From NCBI RefSeq assembly GCF_001194135.2, contig NC_068985.1, positions 77,389,678 through 77,431,858 of the forward strand: a stretch of 42,181 nucleotides of DNA. Reading direction: 5' to 3'. The position numbers and the translations under genes were made by a program. The notes beneath the pieces are model-generated. The model worked only from the letters and a program-made list of their open reading frames with translations. It was not told the origin of the DNA and ran no database searches. This document shows, piece by piece, positions 1 to 11,715 of this stretch (position 1 is its first letter; every line of letters starts with the position of its first letter). Source of the DNA: Octopus bimaculoides (Eukaryota).

Positions 1-43
<43 letters not shown>

Positions 44-88
44 TATATACATATATTTATATATACGCAGACATACATATATATATAT

Positions 89-134
<46 letters not shown>

Positions 135-137
135 GCA

Positions 138-171
<34 letters not shown>

Positions 172-180
172 ATATATATT
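1..180. repeat. (TA)n/(CA)n compound microsatellite
   Basis: Direct reading of ATAT/ACAC runs. Confidence 0.95.
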
Positions 181-283
181 TATGGATGATTTTTAGCGAA
201 ATGCCAAATCCTAATGCATAAAATTAATGTAGGTAGCTGTTTATAGGTACGTGTGTCTTCGTGTTTGTGTATGTACTCATCCA

Positions 284-1267
284 GGATCTTTTACCTTTGT
301 CCGGCACATTTAAAAAATAATTTTTTGTAACTAAACACTTTCAAAATTCGTATACTGGTAGAATGTGTCACATAAAACATCATTTACTCTTGGCGTCTTT
401 GAGAAAATTGTGTATTTTCGAAGTTATTTCGTGTTAAAGTTGTCGTATTTCGGTAATTTCTACCAATCAATGGCGTCTATTGAGGTGAACACAATTACTG
501 CTGTTGTTTGTTAACAACAACTTCCGGCGGTGTATGTTTCGTTTGCCACTGTTATTTATGACATATTTCATCTCAGTCACGTTTGTATGAATAAACGTGT
601 GTATCTGAAGCATGTTTACTTCCTGGCATCACCACAATCGTTCGTGCATTTCTACTGCTTTTAGGTTTTTTTTCCTGTTTTTCAGCTACTATTTTCGGAA
701 AAACATTTTTGCCCCTCTCCAATTTCTTCATTTTTTCACATTTTTCCGTAACACTAGCCCTAAAATCCCAACCCTAACCCTAACCCTAAAACCCCAACCC
801 TAACCCTAACCCTAACTCTAAAACCCTAACCTTAATCCTAAAACCCTAACCCTAACCCTAAAACCCTAACCCTAACTCTAAACCCGAGCCCTAACCCTAA
901 CCCTAACTCTAAAACCCTATCCCTAACCCTAAAACCCTAACCTGACCCTAAAACCCTAACCCTGAAACCCTAAAGCTAAAACCAGTACAAACGCACGAAC
1001 GATATCATAAATAACAGTGACAAACGAAATATACACCGCCGATAGTTATTGTTGTCAAACAACGGCAGTAATTTTATTCAGCTGAATACACGTCATTGAT
1101 TGGTTGAAATTACCGAAATACGACAACTTTAACACGAAATAACTTTAAAAATATAAACTTTTCTCAACAACACTAAGAGTAAAAGATGTTTTATATGATA
1201 CATTCTACCAGTGTCCGAAGTTTGAAAGTGTTTAGTTACAAAAAATTAATTTCTCGATGTGCCATCC
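284..1267. mobile_element. Non-autonomous TIR (foldback/MITE-like) element with ~270-bp inverted arms
   Basis: 303-563 is the reverse complement of ~1000-1263; 421-460 and 1106-1145 are a perfect 40-nt inverted match. Left end starts GGATCTTT like 11716 and 41236. No TSD found. Confidence 0.85.
758..983 (+). repeat. Interstitial telomere-type array (CCCTAA)n with interspersed CCCTAAAA
   Basis: Direct reading, e.g. ACCCTAACCCTAACCCTAAAACCC; lies between the two TIR arms. Confidence 0.95.
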
Positions 1268-1455
1268 CGCTTGACAACCGGTGTTAGTTTATTTACGTCC
1301 CTGTAACGTAGCGGTTTCAGTAAAAGAGACCCTGAAAGAAGAAATACCTGACTTAGGAAAAATAAGTGCTGGAGTCCATTTGTCCGATAAAACCCTTCAA
1401 AGCTGTGCCCCAGAAAGGCCGCAATCCAATGACTGAAACAAGTAAAAGATAAAAC
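1268..1455 (+). mobile_element. SINE family B, 3' part
   Basis: CGCTTGACAACCGG...TGACTGAAACAAGTAAAAGA shared with 18860-19050 and 33850-34058. Confidence 0.75.
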
Positions 1456-1509
1456 AAATTCGTGTGGTTCATGTAATCAAAAGTGACTGCAAGTGTCACT
1501 CAGATAACA

Positions 1510-1765
1510 ACAACAAATGCGCCCTTTTAAAGCCTAGCCAATCTCACGGGCCCGGTTTCCCGGTTTCAATGGCGTATGTGTTCCCCAGCTGGACGGAACG
1601 CCAGTCCATCGCAGCGTTAATCATTTTTGCCAGCTGAGTGGACTGGAACAACGTGAAATGAAGTGTTTTGCTCAAGAACACAACGCGTTGCTCGGTTCAG
1701 GAATCGAAACCACAATCTTACGATCATGATGCTGACACCCTAACCACTAAGCCACGCGCCTCCAC
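1510..1765 (-). mobile_element. tRNA-derived SINE family C, full length with 13-bp TSD
   Basis: Minus strand has A box TGGCTTAGTGG and B box GGTTTCGATTCC; TSD CACTCAGATAACA at 1497-1509 and 1766-1778. Confidence 0.9.
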
Positions 1766-2439
1766 CACTCAGATAACAGTAATCTATAAACGGATTCAAT
1801 ATTTATGCGTGCGCACGCGCGTGTGTGAAGGCGACGTACTNNNNNNNNNNNNNNNNNNNNNNNNNNNNNNNNNNNNNNNNNNNNNNNNNNNNNNNNNNNN
1901 NNNNNNNNNNNNNNNNNNNNNNNNNNNNNNNNNNNNNNNNNNNNNNNNNNNNNNNNNNNNNNNNNNNNNNNNNNNNNNNNNNNNNNNNNNNNNNNNNNNN
2001 NNNNNNNNNNNNNNNNNNNNNNNNNNNNNNNNNNNNNNNNNNNNNNNNNNNNNNNNNNNNNNNNNNNNNNNNNNNNNNNNNNNNNNNNNNNNNNNNNNNN
2101 NNNNNNNNNNNNNNNNNNNNNNNNNNNNNACATAATTATTTTGTGCTAAATATGTCATCCTCGGGCGCAGAATTTCAAAGAAGTGTATCCTTCTCTTTTA
2201 ACTTTATAAAAGGATTTATAAAAGTCTTTTTATAATTTTTTTACAAATTTTCTTTTCCTATTGTACTTATCGTTTAGCATGTCATTTGATTGAAGATCAA
2301 TACCTTCCAGTTAAAAATCTGACAAGAATACTTTGGTAATGCCATTAAATAGTCTCTGCTTTCAAAGTCTACTGCAAGACTTTCGCATTCCTGAACCTGT
2401 AGCTTCAGATTAGGAAGAATATTTTGTGCGAATATAGGT

Positions 2440-2650
2440 AGTGAGCTAGTAGAATCGTTACAACGTCGAAAAAAATACTTAGCGGCATTTCTTCAGACTT
2501 TACGTTCTAAGTTCAAATTCTGCCGAGGTCAGCTTTGCCTTTCATCCTTTCGGGGTTGATGAAATGAGTCCTAGTTGAGTACTGGGGCCGATGTAATCGA
2601 CTTGCCCCTCCTCCATAACTGCTGGCCTTGTGCCAAAATTTGAAACCAAT
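2440..2650 (+). mobile_element. tRNA-derived SINE family A
   Basis: GAGCTAGTAGAATCG head, GTTCAAATTC B box, CTTTGCCTTTCATCCTTTCGGGG body, GGCCTTGTGCC tail, as in many other copies here. Confidence 0.8.
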
Positions 2651-2859
2651 ATTTTGTGCAAATATGAAAAGGAATTGAGAATTTACTTCTGAGCTGTTAT
2701 TGTTCACAAGGAATGTGGTCGAAACTATTTCTTATTAGCTGGAAACATGCACACACACACGCACACGCACACTGACACACACACAACCATTAAAATAATT
2801 ATGTATGTATGTATGTATGCATGTATGTGTGTATGTATGTCATATCATTTAGCTTTTCT

Positions 2860-3260
2860 TTTATTTTTAACTCGTTTTGACATTAGACTGCTGCCATGCT
2901 GGGGCACTGCCTTAAGTATTTTAGCCGGATGAATCGACACCAGTACATATTTTTTGAACCTGGTATTTATTCTACCGACCTTTGTGCTGAACCGCTAAGC
3001 TACGGGGGCGTGAACACACCAACACCGGTTGTCAAGCAGTGATGGAGGATAAGCACAGTTACAAACACACACGCATGCTCGCACACACACATACATAAGA
3101 TAGGCTTCTTGCAGTTTCCGTTCACTAAATCCACTTACAAGGTCTTGCTCGGCCTGAGACTACAATAGAAGACACTTGCCTAAGGTGCCACGCAGTGGGA
3201 CCGAACCCGGAACTTTGTGGTTGGGAAAGAAACCTCTTTATTACACTGTCACGCCTGCGC
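2860..3260 (-). mobile_element. SINE family B with internal (CA)n
   Basis: Reverse complement of the family B head (GGTTCGGTCCCACTGCGTGGCACCTTAGGCAAGTGTCTTC) and tail. Confidence 0.8.
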
Positions 3261-3299
3261 CATGTGTTAATTAATCTACATAATACGATGACTAACAGT

Positions 3300-4150
3300 A
3301 AATACACTAATTGACTAATAGACTAAACTATAAAAGAATACAGACACAGATACAAGATATATAACATAGAATACAGCTAATAAACATACATAAACCACAA
3401 TAAAATGTATTACATTAACCAAATGCTCAAAAGCTTTCGAACAGATGAACATAATAAAAACCCTCGTGAAACGCAACACAAAATGCATCACACTCAATCA
3501 TAAACTCAAACTAATAACATACAATAAAAAACACCAAAACTTAAAGCTTCTTTATCAACAACACACTAGAAACATGTGAGCTCTAGAAGAAACCGCAGAC
3601 GACCAATGGGATCTATAAATTTGACTGCAAAACTGACTGTTGCAATAACTTCAGGCCTTTCAAAGTTATATTGGACAGACCAGTACAATACTCTTGCTTA
3701 GGCCACTATGCATTTCCAGCATGTAGCTATTACAAAACATTATACAACTCACCACAAAGCGAAATTAAATATGAAAATACTAGACGAAAATATATTTACA
3801 TTCTTTATAAAATTCCAGACAAAAATAGAAGAATAATTATGGAAATCATACTCATATAACAATACAATGCCAAAATTAACACGCCAATACACACATCAAA
3901 AAATTAACACACGGATTCTGATATATAAAAAAAATTCCAAACTCTAACGCTCAAAATTTGACCATAACAAATAAATCAATGCGTGACTTCTGAGTCATAA
4001 TGCTAACTGCCAGTGAACCTTTGGCGGGAAAGTATATACGATTTCAATGAGTTTCTAGGAAACAACACAAACGACAAATATATTCAACTCGATTCTTCAT
4101 AGTGAGTCGGGAAACGTCGGATATGAATTTAGGAACTCGACTGTTCCAAC
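3300..4150 (+). mobile_element. Penelope-like element 3' remnant with decayed GIY-YIG endonuclease
   Basis: 3608 onward reads GIYKFDCKTDCC, frameshift, then YIGQTSTILLLR (YIG at 3667-3675); upstream LNHKLKLITYNKNTKT resembles the PLE linker. Confidence 0.65.
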
Positions 4151-4752
4151 TCAACTGTTATAAGCTAATAATGTAAAAAATATAAAATAACAAAGATAAA
4201 ACTTGAACACACANNNNNNNNNNNNNNNNNNNNNNNNNNNNNNNNNNNNNNNNNNNNNNNNNNNNNNNNNNNNNNNNNNNNNNNNNNNNNNNNNNNNNNN
4301 NNNNNNNNNNNNNNNNNNNNNNNNNNNNNNNNNNNNNNNNNNNNNNNNNNNNNNNNNNNNNNNNNNNNNNNNNNNNNNNNNNNNNNNNNNNNNNNNNNNN
4401 NNNNNNNNNNNNNNNNNNNNNNNNNNNNNNNNNNNNNNNNNNNNNNNNNNNNNNNNNNNNNNNNNNNNNNNNNNNNNNNNNNNNNNNNNNNNNNNNNNNN
4501 NNNNNNNNNNNNNNNNNNNNNNNNNNNNNNNNNNNNNNNNNNNNNNNNNNNNNNNNNNNNNNNNNNNNNNNNNNNNNNNNNNNNNNNNNNNNNNNNNNNN
4601 NNNNNNNNNNNNNNNNNNNNNNNNNNNNNNNNNNNNNNNNNNNNNNNNNNNNNNNNNNNNNNNNNNNNNNNNNACACATAAAAAAGAACAAAAAATCAAC
4701 ATACCAGCCGAACATGTATGTATGTATGTATGTATGTATGCATATACCTATA

Positions 4753-6017
4753 TTGGGTTATCCCATAAATAATGTGTTTTTTTTCAATTACATGAACTAA
4801 AAGTCGGAGGGGGACAGGATAAACTAACTTGCTATAAAATCAGGTAGTAATTTTACCTTTTACTTATTCTTAGTGCAACTTTTGAAGAGTGCAGTTCAAT
4901 TTTAACAGTTATTTTTTCAAAGCTATAATCGAAGTGACAAAGGAACATATTCGGCATATTTTGCTTTGTGAGTTCAATAAAGGCAACAACGGAAAGTGCT
5001 AGGAATATTAATGCCGTATATGAGAATCGGACAAGCGTAAGCTAGTGTCAACGGTGGTTCCAAAAACTCCGAGTCGGAAACTACAGCCTAGAAGATGGGC
5101 CTCGTCCTGGAAAATCTGTAGAGCTCGATGAGGACGTCCTGCAAACACTGGTGGAGCAAAATCCCATCTAACTGTATAGAAACTAGCAGAGAAGCTTGGG
5201 TTTGGTCATTCAACCATTCATCGACACCTGCATGCCATCAGAAAAGTCAGTAAATTGGTTCAATGGGTTCCTCACAAACTTTCCGAGACTAATCGCGTGC
5301 AAGAGTGAACGTGTGCTCTTCTTTGCTGTCACGTCTCACGAATGAACCGTCTTTGGACCAAATAGTGACTGGTGACGAAAAATGGGTTCTCTATAAAAAT
5401 GTCAAGCGCCGAAGACAGTGGGTAGGGAAAGAGAAACACCGGTATCCCAGGCTAAAGAAGGCCTTCACCCACGTAAGGTGTTATTATCTGTTTGGTGGGA
5501 TATGAAAGGTTTAGTCCACTTTGAGCTTTTAAACCCAAACCAAATGATAACAAAGGAGATCTGCTGGGAGCAGCTTGAGCGGCTTGAGTCAACGCTAGAA
5601 GAAAAGCGACCATTTTTGGTTTCAAGACGAAAGATGTTCTTCCAATAGGATAATACTCGGTCACATACGCAAGGATGATATTCCAAAGGCTAAAGCAGTT
5701 TGAATGGGAAACGATGCTCCACTCACTACATTTGCCGGACATTGCCCCATATGATTATCATTTATTCCACAGTCTTCAAAATCATTTGGACGGAAAAAAT
5801 ATGAATTCTGTAGACGAGGTCAAAACAGCACAGGAGAAGAATTTTTCGTCACGGACAAGTGAATTTTGGAAGAGGGGGGGGCTTGCAAGTCTACCAGATA
5901 GATGGAAGAGCATTGTAGAAAATGAAGGAGAGAATATTTTAGATTAAAAAAGAACTTTATCTAATTATGAAAAATAGAAGAAGTATAAAAAATCGCATTA
6001 TTTATGGGATGACCCAA
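4753..6017 (+). mobile_element. Mariner (D,D34D-type) transposon, near full length, inactive
   Basis: TIRs TTGGGTTATCCCATAAATAATG and CATTATTTATGGGATGACCCAA; TA at 4751-4752 and 6018-6019; 1265 bp. Confidence 0.95.
4928..5947 (+). pseudogene. Mariner transposase pseudogene
   Basis: Motifs WVPHKL, IVTGDEKWVLY, HPRKVLLSVWWD and PDIAPYDYHLF spread over several frames; start codon mutated to ATC, stop just before the second-Asp DN motif, several frameshifts. Confidence 0.92.
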
Positions 6018-6035
6018 TATGTATATGCATGTATG

Positions 6036-6068
<33 letters not shown>

Positions 6069-6073
6069 GTTAT

Positions 6074-6349
6074 GAAGGTGCATGTCTTAGTGGTTAGGGT
6101 GTTGCACTCACGATCGCTAGAGAGGCGCGTTGTGTTCTTGAGCAAAACACTTCATTTCACGTTGCTCCCTTTCACTCAGCTGTAAATCAGTAACCCAGTG
6201 ACTGACTAGTCGTCCGATCAGGCAGAATGTTGGCCTGCTCGCTTAACCAGCGAGGTGGCATCGTTCGAAAGCGAAAACGATGCAAATCCAAAGCGCATTG
6301 TGACCAGTGATGTATAACAACATCTCATCGTCTGGTCGATCACGTGATC
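6074..6349 (+). mobile_element. SINE family C variant (B box deleted, different 3' half)
   Basis: TTAGTGGTTAGGGTGTT head and GCGTTGTGTTCTTGAGCAAAACACTTCATTTCACGTTG core shared with 1510-1765. Confidence 0.75.
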
Positions 6350-6373
6350 ACATCACACATATAAACATACACA

Positions 6374-6405
<32 letters not shown>

Positions 6406-6889
6406 TACACATGCACAAACATATATAAATACATTTGGATTTCGTATCCAACCAACGACTCTTCTCAGAAACTGGGATGTGTCCTGTTACTGGCATAATT
6501 CGGGAGCGCCAGGTCAGACTATTTGGCCTTGTTGCTTGATTTCCCGAGTTAGACCCTGCTTACAGTGTTCTCTTCACTGAGGATCCGACTGGGTCGCCGG
6601 TGCGTATTGGTCGACCACATGCCATTCGGTCACGGTAGATAACGAGGTATCTCGCGGAGACAGGGGACTAACTGGGACTATTCCCGAAGAGTCGCCCGGG
6701 GGGACGAAAGAATATACCCACAAATAGTGAAAGCAGCAACGCGCGACAATAACCGCCCACACAAAAAATATGTTGCACAATCGTCAACTGACATTCAATC
6801 CCACAACAAATATTCTATACAAATCATAATCCTCTTCCAGCATTCTATCCCATAACACAACCACGTAGCACATATCCTGTTGACACTCG

Positions 6890-7043
6890 TACAACAGGGG
6901 TCGCCACCATCTCCTGCCGGAGCCTCGTGGAGCTTTAGGTGCTTTCGCTCAATAAACACTAACAACGCCCGGTCTGGGAATCGAAACCGCGATCCTATGA
7001 CCACGAGTCCGCTGCCCTAACCACTGGGCCATTGCGCCTCCAC
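6890..7043 (-). mobile_element. tRNA-derived SINE head (family C related) with intact A and B boxes
   Basis: Minus strand GGAGGCGCAATGGCCCAGTGGTTAGGGCAGCGG...GGTTTCGATTCCCAGACC; no CCA or intact acceptor stem, so not a tRNA gene. Confidence 0.8.
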
Positions 7044-8074
7044 AATCCACACGCTATACACAACACAACCTACACAATCATCACCTGATATTATGCCCGA
7101 CAACACGGGAAATTATTTTGAATTTTTTTTTGGTAGTAGTGCGGCCCTCCTGATGATCAATCACGTCTTATGCGACCCGTTTCTCGGAAAAAGTTTCCCA
7201 TTCCTGTTCCATACAATCATCAGCCGACAACACATCCCATACAACACACATTCTATGCAATCATTCTGTACCACCATCTCTCGACATAATAGAACAAACC
7301 ACAAACACGACGGACAAACGAAACACACACAAAAAAAACACGAAAAAATAATAATAAAATAAATTCCACAGCAAAATATAACTGATGTAGCATACAAAAA
7401 CCAGCATCACCACAACCACCAACACCACCCTCACCGCTATCATTAACACCGTCAATATCACCATTACCCACCACCACCACTATCACCTACCCACTTCCCA
7501 ACATCACCCCCCACTATCACTATAACGGCCACTACCACCATCGTCCCCGCCACCACTATCAATTACCAGCACTAATACTAGCAACAAAACAGAAACGCAA
7601 ACAAGGGCATCAATCTGAGAATGAATGTGTATGTCTATATGTATGTATGTATGTGTATGTATATATATATATATATATATNNNNNNNNNNNNNNNNNNNN
7701 NNNNNNNNNNNNNNNNNNNNNNNNNNNNNNNNNNNNNNNNNNNNNNNNNNNNNNNNNNNNNNNNNNNNNNNNNNNNNNNNNNNNNNNNNNNNNNNNNNNN
7801 NNNNNNNNNNNNNNNNNNNNNNNNNNNNNNNNNNNNNNNNNNNNNNNNNNNNNNNNNNNNNNNNNNNNNNNNNNNNNNNNNNNNNNNNNNNNNNNNNNNN
7901 NNNNNNNNNNNNNNNNNNNNNNNNNNNNNNNNNNNNNNNNNATAATCAAACGGTACATGAGGCTGCTTTTCATAATCTAAACTCAACCCTCGCTTCCTCA
8001 ATTACTCCCCACCACTCTCTCTTTTACTCTCACATACTCTCTCCCCTCTCTCGTTCTCTCTCTCTCTCTTCCAC

Positions 8075-8131
<57 letters not shown>

Positions 8132-8433
8132 GTCTCTTTTCGTTTAGCTTTAAGGCCAAGTAGCAGCCGTAACGATAAAGCTTCGTTCTTTTTTTAAATA
8201 ATTCAAGCTCAACAATAAATTGTTTCGTTCGACCCAGTACGTCTGATTGCGAATCTATGAATATCATCGATACTAATTCTATGTTTACCATTTCACCAGA
8301 ACCAATTGAATTTATACACCAAGAACCAGTATACTCAAGCTTGACCTCTGGGGGAGATTTGTTAATTTGGGTGGTAGTCTCCATTGGAGACGTTGTGAAC
8401 TTATAGTAAGGTAGGGCTAGGTCACCAAATAAT

Positions 8434-8907
8434 TACCATATTTTCTGACTTACAAGTCAATGCAATATATCAATCGAAGCAGTCTGTATTCATCGTATAA
8501 GTCGACTCCCTTTCTCCCCAATAACCATTCTATAAGAAAGTTTTTTTGTTTTTGTTTTGTTTTTTTGCATGGAGGAATGGAAGATTTCACAACAGGACGA
8601 AAATTTCGAAACATTTAATTACTTTAAGTTTGATTTAATATTTGCCTTTATTTACGTTCATAATTGCACATCAATATAAACAGTAATTATAAAGAGAAAT
8701 AACGGGTTACTAAAATTGTTGTAATATACTATCATGCCGGAACTGAAGTGTAAACAATCGAATATCGTCAACGACTTTCCAAGTTCTGTAGCATTTCTCA
8801 CGGAATTTTTGACCTTCCAAAGTCGTCTTCATGTATAAGTCGAACTATCTTTTCTGGCTGTAAATTCTGGTGTGAAAAATTCAAGTTGTATGCCAGAAAA
8901 CACTGTA
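8434..8907. mobile_element. pogo/Tigger-like MITE
   Basis: Degenerate TIRs TACCATATTTTCTGACTTACAAGTC and reverse complement TACAGTGTTTTCTGGCATACAACTT; TA ends; subterminal GTATAAGTCGA motifs. Confidence 0.5.
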
Positions 8908-8989
8908 AAAGAAAGTACGTGCTAATTGCAATATTGTGAGAAAATATATATAGCTTCTGTTTGAATAAAATATTCTGTTAATGGGGAGA

Positions 8990-8992
<3 letters not shown>

Positions 8993-9048
<56 letters not shown>

Positions 9049-9058
9049 NNNNNNNNNN

Positions 9059-9115
<57 letters not shown>

Positions 9116-9116
9116 C
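8993..9116. repeat. (GT)n(GA)n microsatellite spanning a 10-N gap
   Basis: Direct reading. Confidence 0.95.
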
Positions 9117-9520
9117 GTGCGTACAAGCATGGAAAGTTCTCTTTCACAAATGCGATCTCAGTGAAAACAGGCGCTGAGCTACAAATATAACGAGCTGCGA
9201 ACCATAGACTACAAATATGTCGTCTAATCTGGTGTAGAAATTAGTAACAATGTACCAATGTGAAAAAACATTTAAAACACTACCAGCTCCAATAAGGAGT
9301 AAACTAAACAATTACGGACCAATAGTGGGACTATCTACACTATCAGTCCCTAACTAGAGGTCTACTAACTAATGGGGATGGGAATTGATAAAGGTAGAAC
9401 TGGGTTTCCGTGAGTTGTGGTCAAAATTTTATAATTCAGTGTAAAATGTACAGCTAATTATAATTATTCAGTTATATATTCTTTTCAAATATGAAAATAA
9501 GGATACTAGATTTCTGATAG

Positions 9521-9686
9521 TTACAGCCAGAAAAGATAGTTCGACTTATACATGAAGACGACTTTGGAGGGTCAAAATTTCCGTGAGAAATGCTACAGAA
9601 CTTGGAAAGTCGTTGACGATATTCGATTGTTTACACTTCAGTTCCGGCATGATAGTATATTACAACAATTTTAGTAACCCGTTATT
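9521..9686 (-). repeat. Inverted near-identical copy of 8698-8863
   Basis: ~166 bp reverse-complement match with only about 2 mismatches seen by eye. Confidence 0.9.
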
Positions 9687-9922
9687 ATTTAAGTACAAAC
9701 ATTGGGGACCATTGCTATATACCATCATTCAAGCATAGATGTGTTCGTTTGATTGCCCCCTACCACTGCTTGACAACCGGTTTTGGTCTGCTTATATCCA
9801 CGTAACTCAGCAGTTCAGCAAAAACAAACACATGTGTAGGTGTGTCAAATATATTTGTATTTACCTGGAATCGAAACCGTATTGCAATCTCGACTCACTA
9901 GAAAGTTGATGCATCGTCTATA

Positions 9923-10451
9923 CTTTTCTACTCTAGGCACATGGCCTGAAATTTTTGGAGAGTGGGCTAGTCGATTAGATCGACTCCAGTACGCAACTGG
10001 TACTTAATTTATCGATCCGAAAGGCAAAGTCGACCTTGGCGGAATTTGAACTCAGAACGTGAAGACAGATGAAATACCGCGAAGCATTTCTCTCGGCGTG
10101 CTAACGTTTCTGCCAGCTCACCGCCTTAAGGCAAAGTCGATTTCGGCGGAGTTTGAACTCAGAACATAAAGACAGCCTAAATACTGCTAAGCATTTCGCC
10201 CGGCGTGCTAACGTTTCTTATTTCTTTATTGCCCACAAGGGGATAAACATAGAGGAGACAAACAAGGACAGATGAAGGGATTAAGTCGATTACATCGACC
10301 TCAGTGCGTAACTGGTACTTAATTTACCGACCTCGAAAGGATGAAAGGCAAAGTCGACCTCGGCGGCATTTGAACTCAGAACGTAACGGCAGACAAAATA
10401 CCGCTAAGCATTTCACCCGGCGTGATAACGTTTCTGCCAGCTCGCCGCCTA
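9923..10451 (-). mobile_element. Compound three-unit SINE family A with 14-bp TSD
   Basis: TSD ATGCATCGTCTATA at 9909-9922 and 10452-10465; three head-to-tail AACGTTAGCACGCC...GAGTTCAAA units. Confidence 0.88.
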
Positions 10452-11715
10452 ATGCATCGTCTATAGCGATCGCTTTCCACTTGCTTTCTTCACCATAATC
10501 TTGTTCTTCGCGTTGTTTCTTTTGCTTCGTTAGACGGCCAATATTTCTGCTAAGGAGAGACACAGTGGTTGCGTATTACTATAACTGGATTTTATTTTAT
10601 CGTTATCCAATATGATTTAACAAAACAAAGCAAAATACAGGAGACGGAACTAAATACGTAATCATAACTGTTTCTACCGACTCAAACCCGATGGGATTTG
10701 AAATCAGGATGTAGAGGGTTGCAACCAAAAGTCTGAGATATTTTACTCTGTTTACACGTGTATAATGCGTGAAATTTAATTACGAAAAATCAGTGTCGAA
10801 ATTGATAGTAGTAGCATGAAATTAGCCGCTAATGTTGTACTTATACGAATGGAGACAAAGATAAAAGTAGAGGATAAAATATATATATTGATAGGTTTAG
10901 GTACAAAAAAGTGGGTGGGGTGCATTATATTTGAGCTCGAGTAAATGTTTTCACCATTTCGTTTTCTTTTGTGAGCTTCTGTGTCAGACAGTGTGCGCGT
11001 ATATAACAGAGAGAGAGAGAGACCTGTTATGAACGAAGTGATGGGAAGCTAGAGGGAACAAGTTGCGACAGCTTTTGAGCTTGTCTGCCATTTTTTGCAG
11101 GTTCTATTGAAGTGATTGACATTACACAGAACCAAGCTGCAACACTTTGCAGCTTAGATGTTTCCTTTGATGTAGCAGATACAGCATATAAAAACACTAT
11201 TATATTGAGAAAAATAAATTACCCCTTCTTCTCTCGCCCCCGCATCCACGTATTTAAATATATACACGAATAATATAAATATATACAAATAAATAACCAA
11301 GGAACCTTTTATTAAAAACAAAAAATGGGGATTGGCTATTTCTTTGCCTTTCGGCTTGCCAGAACGGATTTGCAAGAATCGCATTCACAATATATAAATC
11401 TTGAGTTGACGCACATTTTCGTACGTTATGGCGTCGATAATAGTGTTGGCTCAGTTTACGACTCTGCTTAAAACCAGGTTGCTATGCCATAAATTCGTCA
11501 TTTTGACACAAAAAGAACAGATGTGTTTATAAATTTCCGATTGAGGCAGCAACAACATAAAATGTATGGTCGATTTGGCCAAAATATTTATAACATATAC
11601 TGGTTTTAAATGCTGCTAAACATTTTGCCTGGATGGCTAACAATTCTGCTAGCTCACCGCCTTATTTGTCACATATATCGGTTTCAAATTTTGACACAAG
11701 GCCAGCACTTCCATG

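Noticed and set aside
758-983. True chromosome end
   Set aside because: The array is internal, degenerate and enclosed by transposon arms.
6485-6885. Solo LTR (TG...CA)
   Set aside because: No target-site duplication (GTCC versus CTCG); kept only as an unassigned insert.
6960-7043. tRNA gene
   Set aside because: A and B boxes are present but it continues into SINE body with no CCA or intact acceptor stem; it is a SINE head.
8124-8384. 86-aa minus ORF with faint cadherin-like look (INKSPPE, FIDSQS)
   Set aside because: Lacks DxNDN, DxD and DRE motifs and correct spacing; splice signals are weak.
9923-10451. CRISPR-like repeat-spacer array
   Set aside because: The repeats are ~100-230 bp SINE units without unique spacers, in a eukaryotic context.
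9866-10553. Possible SINE-disrupted exon (acceptor CCTTAG, donor CAG/GTAAAT on the minus strand)
   Set aside because: After removing the SINE, all three frames still contain stops.
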